Positions 9,588-17,177 of a stretch of 32,000 nt of DNA are shown here, one piece after another. Positions within the stretch are counted from its first letter, which is position 1. Each line of letters opens with the position of its first letter. The stretch covers positions 102,798 to 134,797 of the forward strand of contig JAEXFI010000041.1 of NCBI GenBank assembly GCA_023400235.1, given 5' to 3'. A program made the position numbers and the translations under genes. The DNA is from Bacillota bacterium (GTDB lineage Bacteria > Bacillota > Clostridia > Acetivibrionales > DSM-1351). The notes under the pieces were generated by a model that was not told where the DNA came from, searched no databases, and worked only from the letters and a program-made list of their open reading frames with translations.

Positions 9588-11423
9588 CTAGTATTTTCCG
9601 TAGTCCTTGTCATCCAGTGATATTTTCAGCTTTGAGGCTGCGGCCTCCTCATGGACACCTGAAAACTCCTTGTTTTTTCTCTTATCAATCATTCCCTCAA
9701 TTATTTTGAGCATTTCAGGTGTAAGAGTCTCATTAGAGGTATAGGACGTCTTAACCTTTTTCAATCTGAATCTTGATACTGATTCCTTAAGCATATCTGC
9801 CTGTCCTGATAATTCCTCACTGGCTGCGGCACATTCCTCGGCAGTTGCAGAATTGGTCTGTACAACCTGGGCAACCTGTTCAATGGCCGTATTGATCTGG
9901 GATATACCTGTGGCCTGCTCATTTGATGCCGCTGCAATATCTCCAACCAGAGCTGCCGCCTTGGACACTCCACCCACTATCTCATCCAGGGCTGCTGCCG
10001 TATCGTTTGCAATTCTTGTACCGACCTCAACCTTCTTGATGGAGCCCTCTATCATCTCAGTGGTCTCCTTAGCCGCATTGGCACTTCTTGCAGCAAGATT
10101 TCTTACCTCCTCAGCCACCACTGCAAAGCCTTTTCCGTGCTGCCCCGCCCTTGCAGCTTCTACTGCAGCATTTAAGGCAAGTATGTTTGTCTGGAAGGCG
10201 ATTTCGTCAATTACCTTTATTATTTTGGATATATTTGAGGAGGATTCATTAATCTCCGCCATAGCCTTAACCATTTCCTGCATTTGTGAATTTCCTTTAG
10301 CGGCATTCTCTTTTGCCGATATGGCAAGCTCATTGGCCAGACTTGCATTCTGGGCATTCTGTCTGGTTTGAGCGGCAACCTGTGTCATTGAAGATGTTAT
10401 TTCCTCGACTGAGCTTGCCTGCTCAGTTGAGCCCTGAGACAGCATCTGGCTGGATGAGGACACCTGTCTTGCTCCAAGTGCCACCTGTTCGGATGCAAGG
10501 TTTATATTTCCCAATACTTCATTATTTGTTTCAATCATTTCACTGAGTTTTTTACCCAGCAGGTCCTTATCCGACCTGACCTTGACGTCAATGGTCAGAT
10601 CTCCCGACGCCATTCTCTCAACAATGACAGCCTGTCCCCTGATATTTTCCACCATTTTGGAGAAAGAGAGCATAAGTGTGCCTATTTCATCTTTAGATTC
10701 AGCTTGGACATTTACTTCCACATCTCCGATTGCGAGCCTGTCTGCTGCCTCAACCAGCTTTTTGACAGGATTGCTTATAATCCTGGATATGAACAGGCCA
10801 AGTCCCACAGCCAGAACCATTCCCACTGCAATAAATGCAATCATCATGACAGTGGCCGTCTGGGCTGCGCTGTCGTTGCTCTTTGACTTATTGCTGGCGT
10901 CGTCCACCTTTAGCTTGAACAGATTGTCAAAGTGAGCCTGTATGTTTTTATTCAGCTCATCCCCTTTTGTTTTCGTAAGCTGATGGGCTTCAGCGCTCTT
11001 GTTGGACAATGCCAGGTCTGTAACCTGTTTGGTGTAAGGCAGGAAGTCTTCATCCACTGTTTTGACCAGCGCATTGTATTCCGAGCTGACCTGGCTGCTG
11101 ATAATGTTTTTGCCGAAGTTGTCCAGTGCAGCTTGCATTTCCTCCAGGAAATCATTGATTTTTGTCATATTTTCATTCATGGATTGAGCATCTGTATTGA
11201 TTATAATGTTTAGCATGTTCAGCCTTGCTCTTTGATATTTCTCATTTGCCGTAGCCAGATCGGTAATCGGAACAGTATTTATTTCATACAATTCCGTGTC
11301 GGCATCATTAATGTTAGCAATATTTATAATGCCTACCACTCCCACAATACCCGCTATCAATGCAACAACAATGAACCCCGCAATCAGCTTTGCTGCGATT
11401 TTCATATTTTTAAACCAACTCAT
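9588..11423 (-). CDS. Methyl-accepting chemotaxis protein (N-terminal TM, periplasmic sensor, HAMP, signalling domain)
   Basis: Highly conserved hairpin region [43 protein letters not shown]. Confidence 0.9.
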   Translation of the reverse strand: MSWFKNMKIAAKLIAGFIVVALIAGIVGVVGIINIANINDADTELYEINTVPITDLATANEKYQRARLNMLNIIINTDAQSMNENMTKINDFLEEMQAALDNFGKNIISSQVSSEYNALVKTVDEDFLPYTKQVTDLALSNKSAEAHQLTKTKGDELNKNIQAHFDNLFKLKVDDASNKSKSNDSAAQTATVMMIAFIAVGMVLAVGLGLFISRIISNPVKKLVEAADRLAIGDVEVNVQAESKDEIGTLMLSFSKMVENIRGQAVIVERMASGDLTIDVKVRSDKDLLGKKLSEMIETNNEVLGNINLASEQVALGARQVSSSSQMLSQGSTEQASSVEEITSSMTQVAAQTRQNAQNASLANELAISAKENAAKGNSQMQEMVKAMAEINESSSNISKIIKVIDEIAFQTNILALNAAVEAARAGQHGKGFAVVAEEVRNLAARSANAAKETTEMIEGSIKKVEVGTRIANDTAAALDEIVGGVSKAAALVGDIAAASNEQATGISQINTAIEQVAQVVQTNSATAEECAAASEELSGQADMLKESVSRFRLKKVKTSYTSNETLTPEMLKIIEGMIDKRKNKEFSGVHEEAAASKLKISLDDKDYGKY

Positions 11424-11510
11424 AAAAAGCCCCCTGTCCAGATAATTTTTCTGAAAATTTTTCTGCTATGCCGTTAATTTTAGTATCTTTAGTTAATGAA
11501 TTGCAGCGGA

Positions 11511-12014
11511 TCAGGCCTGTGCAAGGCTGCTCAGCATTTCCGTCTCATCTGTGCTGAAAATTTTGCCGCAGTCCAAAAGCAGCTTTACTTCACTTCCTAT
11601 TTTGCCTATTCCTTTGACATATTTGTTGTTAAAGCCGGTTTTTGCATCCGGCGGCAGCATAATGTTCTCATCGTCTATGGATACCACCTCGCATACCGTG
11701 TCAACGATCATACCAATGGAGGTGTCATTTATGTCTATGACAATAATACACGTCCTGTCGGTATATTGCAGCGGTTCCTTTCTGAACCTTAGTCTCACAT
11801 CCATTACAGGTATTATTTTCCCCCTCAGGTTGATAATTCCTTTAAGATAATCCGGCAGTTCCGGCACCTGTGTTATGGGCTGTATTCCAATAATTTCGGT
11901 AACATATTTGATTTCTATGCCGTAATCTTCTCCTCCCAGTGTAAATGTCAAAAATCTTCCCTTTTGCGTATCCTCGTTTTGAATCTCAAAGTTATCCTCC
12001 AATACCGAAGCCAT
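11511..12014 (-). CDS. cheW: Chemotaxis coupling protein CheW
   Basis: FLTFTLGGEDYGIEIKYVTEIIG ... INLRGKIIPVMDVR, typical CheW fold. Confidence 0.9.
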   Translation of the reverse strand: MASVLEDNFEIQNEDTQKGRFLTFTLGGEDYGIEIKYVTEIIGIQPITQVPELPDYLKGIINLRGKIIPVMDVRLRFRKEPLQYTDRTCIIVIDINDTSIGMIVDTVCEVVSIDDENIMLPPDAKTGFNNKYVKGIGKIGSEVKLLLDCGKIFSTDETEMLSSLAQA

Positions 12015-12026
12015 GGCGCTCTCCTT

Positions 12027-14054
12027 TCATCGTTTATTATTTATTAGGCTTGCTATATCAATTATCAGGCTTATACTGCCGTCACCCAATAACGTACATC
12101 CAGAAATACCCTGCACCTTTTTCAAATATTGAGGCAGTGCCTTTACAACCACCTGTTGCTCTCCTATGAGCTTGTCAACAAAAATGCATACACCTTCGTT
12201 TTCACTTTCAACCAGGATCAAAATCCCCTCCTCCAGTCTGTCTGTTCCCGGGAGGATATTAAAATGTCTATGTAACCTTATGATGGGGCGGCACTGCCCC
12301 CGGATCATGATCATCTCATTATTTTCCGGATCTTTTATGACATCAGCTTGTGTGATATTGAGAGATTCCCGTATGGACGCTATAGGAATAGTATAGGTGG
12401 CATTGCCCACTCTAACCGTCATGCCGTCCATAATTGCCAGTGTCAGGGGGATTTTCATGGAGATGGTTGTACCTCCCCCCGGCTTGCTGTCAATCAGCAC
12501 TCCGCCGTTAACCTTGTCCATATCCTTGAGCACCACATCCATTCCAACTCCGCGCCCTGAAAATTCTGTAACTTCCTCTTTAGTGGAAAATCCAGGCAAT
12601 AGAATGATGGAATATATCTCCCTGTCTGACATTTCACTGACTGGCCGCTGTAAAAGCTTGCACTCTGCGGCTTTCTGAATTATCCTTTCTTTGTCCAGCC
12701 CTCTTCCGTCATCCTTCAGAATAATCCAGACATCTCCTCCTGAATGCTTTGCTTCCAGCGTTATCCTGCCTGCCTCCTCCTTGCCCTTTAACACTCGTTC
12801 CTCAGCCGATTCAATTCCATGATCTATGGCATTTCGAATCAAATGAATCAAAGGGTCGGAAATATGCTCAATTATATTTTTATCTACCTCGGTTTCTTCC
12901 CCGATTATTTCAAAGTTGATTCCCTTGTCCAGCTTCCTGGACATATCCCTGACAATTCTGTTCATTTTTTGGAAGGTCATGGACAGGGGCACCATCCTCA
13001 TGGACATGACAATGTCCTGAAGCTCTCCCGTTATTTTTTTCAAATGCCGGGCGGCCTTCCGGAAACCTTCCAGTTCAAGGCCTTTGAGCTCAGGATTTTG
13101 AGTGACCATTGACTCTGATATGACCAGCTCTCCCACTACGTCCATCAATTTATTCATTTTTTGAATATTTACACTTATGAAATTTTGCTTTGAAAGGTTT
13201 GACATTTTACTGTCTGAGAAGTTATTCTCCTCACCGCTCTGAAGTTTACAGGATTCCCGGGGTTCACAGCCATCTGCGCCGGCAGCTGCAGCATTGTCCG
13301 CTTCCGTAAGAGTCTCACTCCTGCCTTCTTCTGATGCAGCCCCAGTCCTGCTTTCAATAGTCAGCTCCTTAAGGAACATGGTCTCTTCCAGAAGCTGCCT
13401 CACTTCACTTTCAGGCTGAGTACTGTCAAACATCACAGTCAGGCCACTTTCCTGAATTTTTTTGTTACAGCTTTCAGTATCTGAAATGTCCTCCGGAATA
13501 TGGCAGATATTCATTGCCACGTGCGCAAGTGCATGAATAACCGAAAATGCTCTGAGATTCTCCATCTGGCAATCTTCCTCAAAGATTATTTTCGCCATGT
13601 AGGAATAATTCTTAGCCACTGTCTCTTCAGTCCTGAAACCACCCAGCTTCAACTGATTTAAAAATTCTGCAAGTGTCCGGGTGATACTTGTGGGGTCTCC
13701 ATCGGCCCCCGACTTGTTCTTTATCTTGTTTACCTCACTGCATACAAAATCTATGACCTTCAGCATCAGGTCCGTCAGTTGCAGGTAGTCAGCCTTGTCA
13801 GGTTTCTTCTCCCTGAGATAATAGAATACATCTTCAACAGAATGCGCCAAGGTGGATATATTGTTAAAGCTCATCATTGCCGAAGAGCCCTTTAAGGTGT
13901 GCATAATCCTGAAAATTTCGTTTATGTTGCTCTCAAGCCCGTTTTTCTTTTCACTGTATAAAATTATTTGTTCAAGTTCCTCAATGAGTTGAACAGTTTC
14001 AAAAACAAACATGTCCTGCATTGGTTCAGTATTGATGAAGTCCAAGTTAGCCAC
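12027..14054 (-). CDS. cheA: Chemotaxis histidine kinase CheA
   Basis: Hpt box MHTLKGSSAMM, HATPase motifs HLIRNAIDHGIE, DDGRGLD and GRGVGMDVV, and a C-terminal CheW-like domain. Confidence 0.9.
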   Translation of the reverse strand: MANLDFINTEPMQDMFVFETVQLIEELEQIILYSEKKNGLESNINEIFRIMHTLKGSSAMMSFNNISTLAHSVEDVFYYLREKKPDKADYLQLTDLMLKVIDFVCSEVNKIKNKSGADGDPTSITRTLAEFLNQLKLGGFRTEETVAKNYSYMAKIIFEEDCQMENLRAFSVIHALAHVAMNICHIPEDISDTESCNKKIQESGLTVMFDSTQPESEVRQLLEETMFLKELTIESRTGAASEEGRSETLTEADNAAAAGADGCEPRESCKLQSGEENNFSDSKMSNLSKQNFISVNIQKMNKLMDVVGELVISESMVTQNPELKGLELEGFRKAARHLKKITGELQDIVMSMRMVPLSMTFQKMNRIVRDMSRKLDKGINFEIIGEETEVDKNIIEHISDPLIHLIRNAIDHGIESAEERVLKGKEEAGRITLEAKHSGGDVWIILKDDGRGLDKERIIQKAAECKLLQRPVSEMSDREIYSIILLPGFSTKEEVTEFSGRGVGMDVVLKDMDKVNGGVLIDSKPGGGTTISMKIPLTLAIMDGMTVRVGNATYTIPIASIRESLNITQADVIKDPENNEMIMIRGQCRPIIRLHRHFNILPGTDRLEEGILILVESENEGVCIFVDKLIGEQQVVVKALPQYLKKVQGISGCTLLGDGSISLIIDIASLINNKR

Positions 14055-14093
14055 CTCGTATTTTTGTTAGTCAGCAATTTTCGACATTTTTCT

Positions 14094-14477
14094 CTATGCC
14101 TGTCCACCGGCTTCACTTTTATATTTTCCAAGTGCCTTGATTATGCTCTCTTCCTTGAAAGGCTTTACAATAAATCCTGAGGCTCCCACCATTATTGCCT
14201 CCCTTATGTGGCTTTCCTGACCCAGAGCAGATATCATGACTATCTTGCTGCCGGGGTTGATTTCCTTTATTGCCTTGACAGCCTCGATACCGTCTACTTC
14301 CGGCATGGTAATATCCATTGTCACAAGGTCCGGTGTCAGTTCTTTGTATTTCTGTATGGCTATCCTTCCATTTTCGGCCTCTCCTACTACTGTGAAGCCG
14401 TTTTTCTCCAGTATTAATTTCAAAGCCTGTCTCATAAAAATTGCATCATCTACAACCAGAACTTTAGACATAAGCAT
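14094..14477 (-). CDS. cheY: Chemotaxis response regulator CheY (single REC domain)
   Basis: VLVVDDAIFMR ... DLVTMDITMPEVDG ... ALGQ ... FIVKPF. AAGGA 6 nt upstream of ATG 14477. Confidence 0.9.
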   Translation of the reverse strand: MLMSKVLVVDDAIFMRQALKLILEKNGFTVVGEAENGRIAIQKYKELTPDLVTMDITMPEVDGIEAVKAIKEINPGSKIVMISALGQESHIREAIMVGASGFIVKPFKEESIIKALGKYKSEAGGQA

Positions 14478-14535
14478 GCACCATCCTTATAGTAAAAATA
14501 AAGTATCTAGAATATATTTACATAATCCAATTATT

Positions 14536-14567
14536 TAATGTAACAATATTATTATTATGTTACATTA
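14536..14567. repeat. Left recombinase core-type site: 10-bp arm / 12-bp AT spacer / inverted 10-bp arm
   Basis: TAATGTAACA-ATATTATTATTA-TGTTACATTA. The arms are a perfect 10-bp inverted repeat. The reverse complement matches the right site 29/32 by my count. Confidence 0.7.
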
Positions 14568-14669
14568 TTTTTTTCTCATAAGTGCACAATATAACTGCCA
14601 TGTGGCCATATGTATTTTTCAAAACCTTAAAAAAATTTAAATTATAAATGTATTAAAACCTTAAATATA

Positions 14670-14678
14670 TGCTATAAT
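14670..14678 (+). promoter_or_regulatory. Extended -10 promoter (TGcTATAAT) for the recombinase gene
   Basis: TGCTATAAT at 14670-14678, about 80 nt upstream of ATG 14759, which is preceded by GGAGG at 14746-14750. No good -35, as is common for extended -10 promoters. Confidence 0.45.
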
Positions 14679-14758
14679 AGTTTCATTAATTTCAATTACA
14701 TTAATTTACAATTATTGATAAAATTTTACAAAGAATTGCAAACTCGGAGGAAGTTACC

Positions 14759-15319
14759 ATGACAGTTGAACCCATACGAAATAAGACAAAAATTAAGCAG
14801 ATTTATTATTTTTTAAATGGTAAAGACCCCAAATACGGACTGCTATTTAAATTTGGATTGAACACGGGTTTGAGAATAAGCGATATTCTGTCGGTAAGAG
14901 TGAAAGATATTCTGAATGAAAAAGGTGAGTATCGTGATTATCTGACCTTAAAGGAAATGAAAACCGGGAAAGAGAAAAAAATCAAATTAAACGATTCCCT
15001 TCGTAAAAACATCAATTCTTATATAAAAATTTCCAAATTAAAGTATGATGCATACTTGTTTTCCAGTCAAAAAGGCGGATATATAGGCAGAGTACAAGCT
15101 TATAGGGTTTTAAAGGAAGCGGCGGTCTTCTGTAATGTGGAAAATTTCGGAACCCATAGTCTGAGAAAAACCTGGGGCTATTGGACTTATAACATGTCAA
15201 AATATAATGTTGGTTTGATAATGGATACCTTCAATCATAGTTCTCAAAGTATTACCCTCAGGTATATAGGTATTAACCAGGACCAGAAGGATGAGCTGTA
15301 TTCCTTGGTCCAGTTTTAA
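14759..15319 (+). CDS. Minimal tyrosine site-specific recombinase (catalytic domain only, 186 aa)
   Basis: Catalytic residues appear in order: R (NTGLRISD), K (KTGKEKKIKL), HxxR (THSLRKTWG), H (FNHSS) and Y (ITLRYIG). Only about 25 aa precede the catalytic domain. Confidence 0.85.
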   Translation: MTVEPIRNKTKIKQIYYFLNGKDPKYGLLFKFGLNTGLRISDILSVRVKDILNEKGEYRDYLTLKEMKTGKEKKIKLNDSLRKNINSYIKISKLKYDAYLFSSQKGGYIGRVQAYRVLKEAAVFCNVENFGTHSLRKTWGYWTYNMSKYNVGLIMDTFNHSSQSITLRYIGINQDQKDELYSLVQF

Positions 15320-15393
15320 CCTTTTTTGGATTAGCGCTTAAATATAGGTATAGAATTTGGTAAAATTATGTTGTATAATGACAAATAAGATGT

Positions 15394-15425
15394 TAATGTA
15401 ACATAATAATAAAATTGATACGTTA
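15394..15425. repeat. Right recombinase core-type site (inverted relative to the left site)
   Basis: TAATGTAACA-TAATAATAAAAT-TGATACGTTA. The second arm matches TGTTACATTA 8/10. The spacer matches the reverse complement of the left spacer at 11/12. Confidence 0.65.
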
Positions 15426-15436
15426 ATATTTTCCTC

Positions 15437-15494
15437 AAAAAAATAAAAGTGCCAATTATGCTTCATACATGCATAACTGTCACTTTTTTTATTT
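15437..15494. terminator. Bidirectional rho-independent terminator (rsmA on minus; recombinase and outward promoter on plus)
   Basis: 13-bp stem GTGCCAATTATGC / GCATAACTGTCAC (one mismatch, one wobble) with a 9-nt loop. Flanked by an A-run (15437-15448) and a T-run (15484-15490). Confidence 0.65.
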
Positions 15495-15500
15495 TGCGTT

Positions 15501-16358
15501 TTACATTGACAACAGGTTTGACAGCTCTCCAAACTGTTGTACCGAAAGTACTTCCCCTCTTATATTTTCCTTAAGCCCCATACTTTCGAGAATTTTTTTC
15601 AACTGCTCCTTATCCCTCTGAAGAAAGCCTGCATTTGAGAGTCCGTTTACAAGAGTCTTCCTCCGCTGTCCAAAGGATGCCTTTACAAGCCTGAAATACA
15701 GATTTTTGTCCTTTACCTGTACGGAGGGCTCTTCTAGTATATCCAGCCGTATTATTGTGGAATGTACTTCTGGCTGAGGAATAAAGCAATGTGGCGGAAC
15801 ATCAAATATTATGTCAGGGCTGGAATAAAACTGAACCGCCACGGACAACGCTCCGTAATCCTTTGTACCCGGTCCTGCAACCATCCTTTGAGCAACCTCC
15901 CTTTGCACCATGAAAACCATTCCCTGTACACCCTTTACTTCCTCCAGGAATCTCATAATTATGGGAGTAGTAATATAATACGGAAGATTTGCAACTACCT
16001 TCACAGCCTTTGTGCCGAACTTCTGTCCATACTCTGCTATAATAGCACCAATATCCGCTTTCATAACGTCGTTGTTTATTAGCTCTATATTTGAATACTC
16101 GCTCAAATTGTCGCGAAGAGCAGGTATGAGATGCTTATCTATCTCTATGGCTGCAACTCCTCTAGCTCTATTTGCCAGTTCTTTTGTCATACTGCCTATA
16201 CCCGGCCCAATCTCCAAAACCAGAGTATCCTTGTCAAGGCCTGCTGCGTCTACTATTTTCCTTACTACGCTATCGTCATTTAAAAAGTTCTGACCAAGAG
16301 ACTTGGTCAACCTGAGGTTATGCTTTTTTATTACATCCAGTGTATTGTTTCTGCTCAT
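15501..16358 (-). CDS. rsmA: 16S rRNA (adenine1518/1519-N6)-dimethyltransferase RsmA/KsgA
   Basis: LGQNFLNDDSVVRKIV, LEIGPGIGSMT and ANLPYYITTPI motifs. Start trimmed from GTG 16385 to ATG 16358 (MSRNNTLDV), because the extra MRSGGMEII residues derive from the repeat element. Confidence 0.9.
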   Translation of the reverse strand: MSRNNTLDVIKKHNLRLTKSLGQNFLNDDSVVRKIVDAAGLDKDTLVLEIGPGIGSMTKELANRARGVAAIEIDKHLIPALRDNLSEYSNIELINNDVMKADIGAIIAEYGQKFGTKAVKVVANLPYYITTPIIMRFLEEVKGVQGMVFMVQREVAQRMVAGPGTKDYGALSVAVQFYSSPDIIFDVPPHCFIPQPEVHSTIIRLDILEEPSVQVKDKNLYFRLVKASFGQRRKTLVNGLSNAGFLQRDKEQLKKILESMGLKENIRGEVLSVQQFGELSNLLSM

Positions 16359-16464
16359 TATTATTTCCATGCCCCCACTTCGCACAAAACTCCATGAAAG
16401 TCACGGCATGGAATCGGTGCCACATTTTTATCTGCTTCAAAATTTCTTTCAGCCTTTATCCTTC
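16359..16464 (-). repeat. Leader repeat, copy 1 (abuts the rsmA start codon)
   Basis: About 100 nt, near-identical to 21472-21577 and 31745-31848. Gene-sense core AGAAAUUUUGAAGCAGAUAAAAAUGUGGCACCGAUUCCAUGCCGUGACUUUCAUGGAGUUUUGUGCGAAGUGGGGGCAUGGAAAUAAUA immediately followed by AUG. Confidence 0.9.
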
Positions 16465-16520
16465 AAATAATTGATATTAATATTATTATATCTCATATAC
16501 ATGTTATTTGAAGGCCATTT

Positions 16521-17144
16521 TTATATTTTTCTGTATAATCGGTCAAAGGGATGAAATAATTCCAAAGTAAAATCAATTGCTTTAAATACAACGATGTATG
16601 CTATCAAGGAATAAATGGTATTTTCCCACCCAAATATAAAACCGGCTGCAACGACAATAACCAGATTCAGCAATATAAAATACTTGCTTGGGGAATAGTC
16701 TTTATTTATAAACCTTCCAGCTATCCTCCTGTGCTCTATGCCATCCAGGAAGCCTCCGTATTTAAGAATCAATCCCGACCCTACTCCAAGCAATATACCT
16801 CCCAGAATGGTAGACTGCAGTATGTCATAAGTTTCCCAGTTATCCGAATTTATAGCGGAAATCCAATAAATAAGTGATGTCAATGCAAATATTATGGTTA
16901 TTAGCTTCTGCTTTCCCCTGCGAAAATACTCAATGAGTATAAACGGGAAATTCAAAATAAAGATAATTGCACCCAAAGGTATCTCACTGATATAGCTCAA
17001 TACCACAGAAACCCCTATCAGCCCTCCACCGATGAGATTATGCGCTTTAAAGAATACCTCAAGACCTACGGCGGTCATAATTGACCCCACAAGAACAAAA
17101 ATGTATTTAATAATAACATAAGGAAGCATTCTTTTAAATTCCAT
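16521..17144 (-). CDS. YitT/YczE-like integral membrane protein (membrane domain only)
   Basis: Polytopic hydrophobic protein with G-rich helices (GLEVFFKAHNLIGGGLIG; GGILLGVGSGLILKYGG). Start trimmed to ATG 17144 (GGAGG 7 nt upstream). Confidence 0.6.
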   Translation of the reverse strand: MEFKRMLPYVIIKYIFVLVGSIMTAVGLEVFFKAHNLIGGGLIGVSVVLSYISEIPLGAIIFILNFPFILIEYFRRGKQKLITIIFALTSLIYWISAINSDNWETYDILQSTILGGILLGVGSGLILKYGGFLDGIEHRRIAGRFINKDYSPSKYFILLNLVIVVAAGFIFGWENTIYSLIAYIVVFKAIDFTLELFHPFDRLYRKI

Positions 17145-17177
17145 AGATCCACCTCCATTCAGCATCAAATATCATCC

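Larger units (their letters stand above)
14536..15425. other. Putative invertible DNA segment carrying its own tyrosine recombinase
   Basis: Two 32-bp sites in inverted orientation (a 19-bp perfect inverted repeat, 14549-14567 vs 15394-15412) bracket a single recombinase gene and lie directly upstream of cheY. Confidence 0.55.

Noticed and set aside
14536-15425. Interpretation of the cassette as an insertion sequence or integrated phage remnant
   Set aside because: There is no transposase, no flanking direct target duplication that I can see, and no phage genes. The repeats have the arm-spacer-arm layout of recombinase core sites rather than IS terminal repeats. I retain a small mobile element as an alternative that cannot be excluded from one window.
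15338-15532. 64-aa minus-strand ORF spanning the right recombination site and the rsmA terminator
   Set aside because: It is AT-rich, overlaps the rsmA 3' end and a terminator hairpin, and has no SD.
16359-16385. Shared N-terminal peptide MRSGGMEII on RsmA, the coiled-coil protein and HolB (ORF-track starts at 16385, 21498, 31771)
   Set aside because: The M is a GTG inside a non-coding repeat. The three proteins are unrelated, and each has a normal family-typical N-terminus starting at the downstream ATG. The shared residues are a by-product of the repeat being open in that frame. A start at the internal ATG (MEII-M) cannot be fully excluded, but its SD spacing is only 1 nt.
16414-16431. Sigma-54 promoter within the leader repeat (gene-sense TGGCACCGATTCCATGCC)
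   Set aside because: TGGCAC matches the -24 element. However, the only downstream GC is 14 nt from the GG instead of the canonical 12 (TGGCAC-N5-TTGC), and no TTGC is present.
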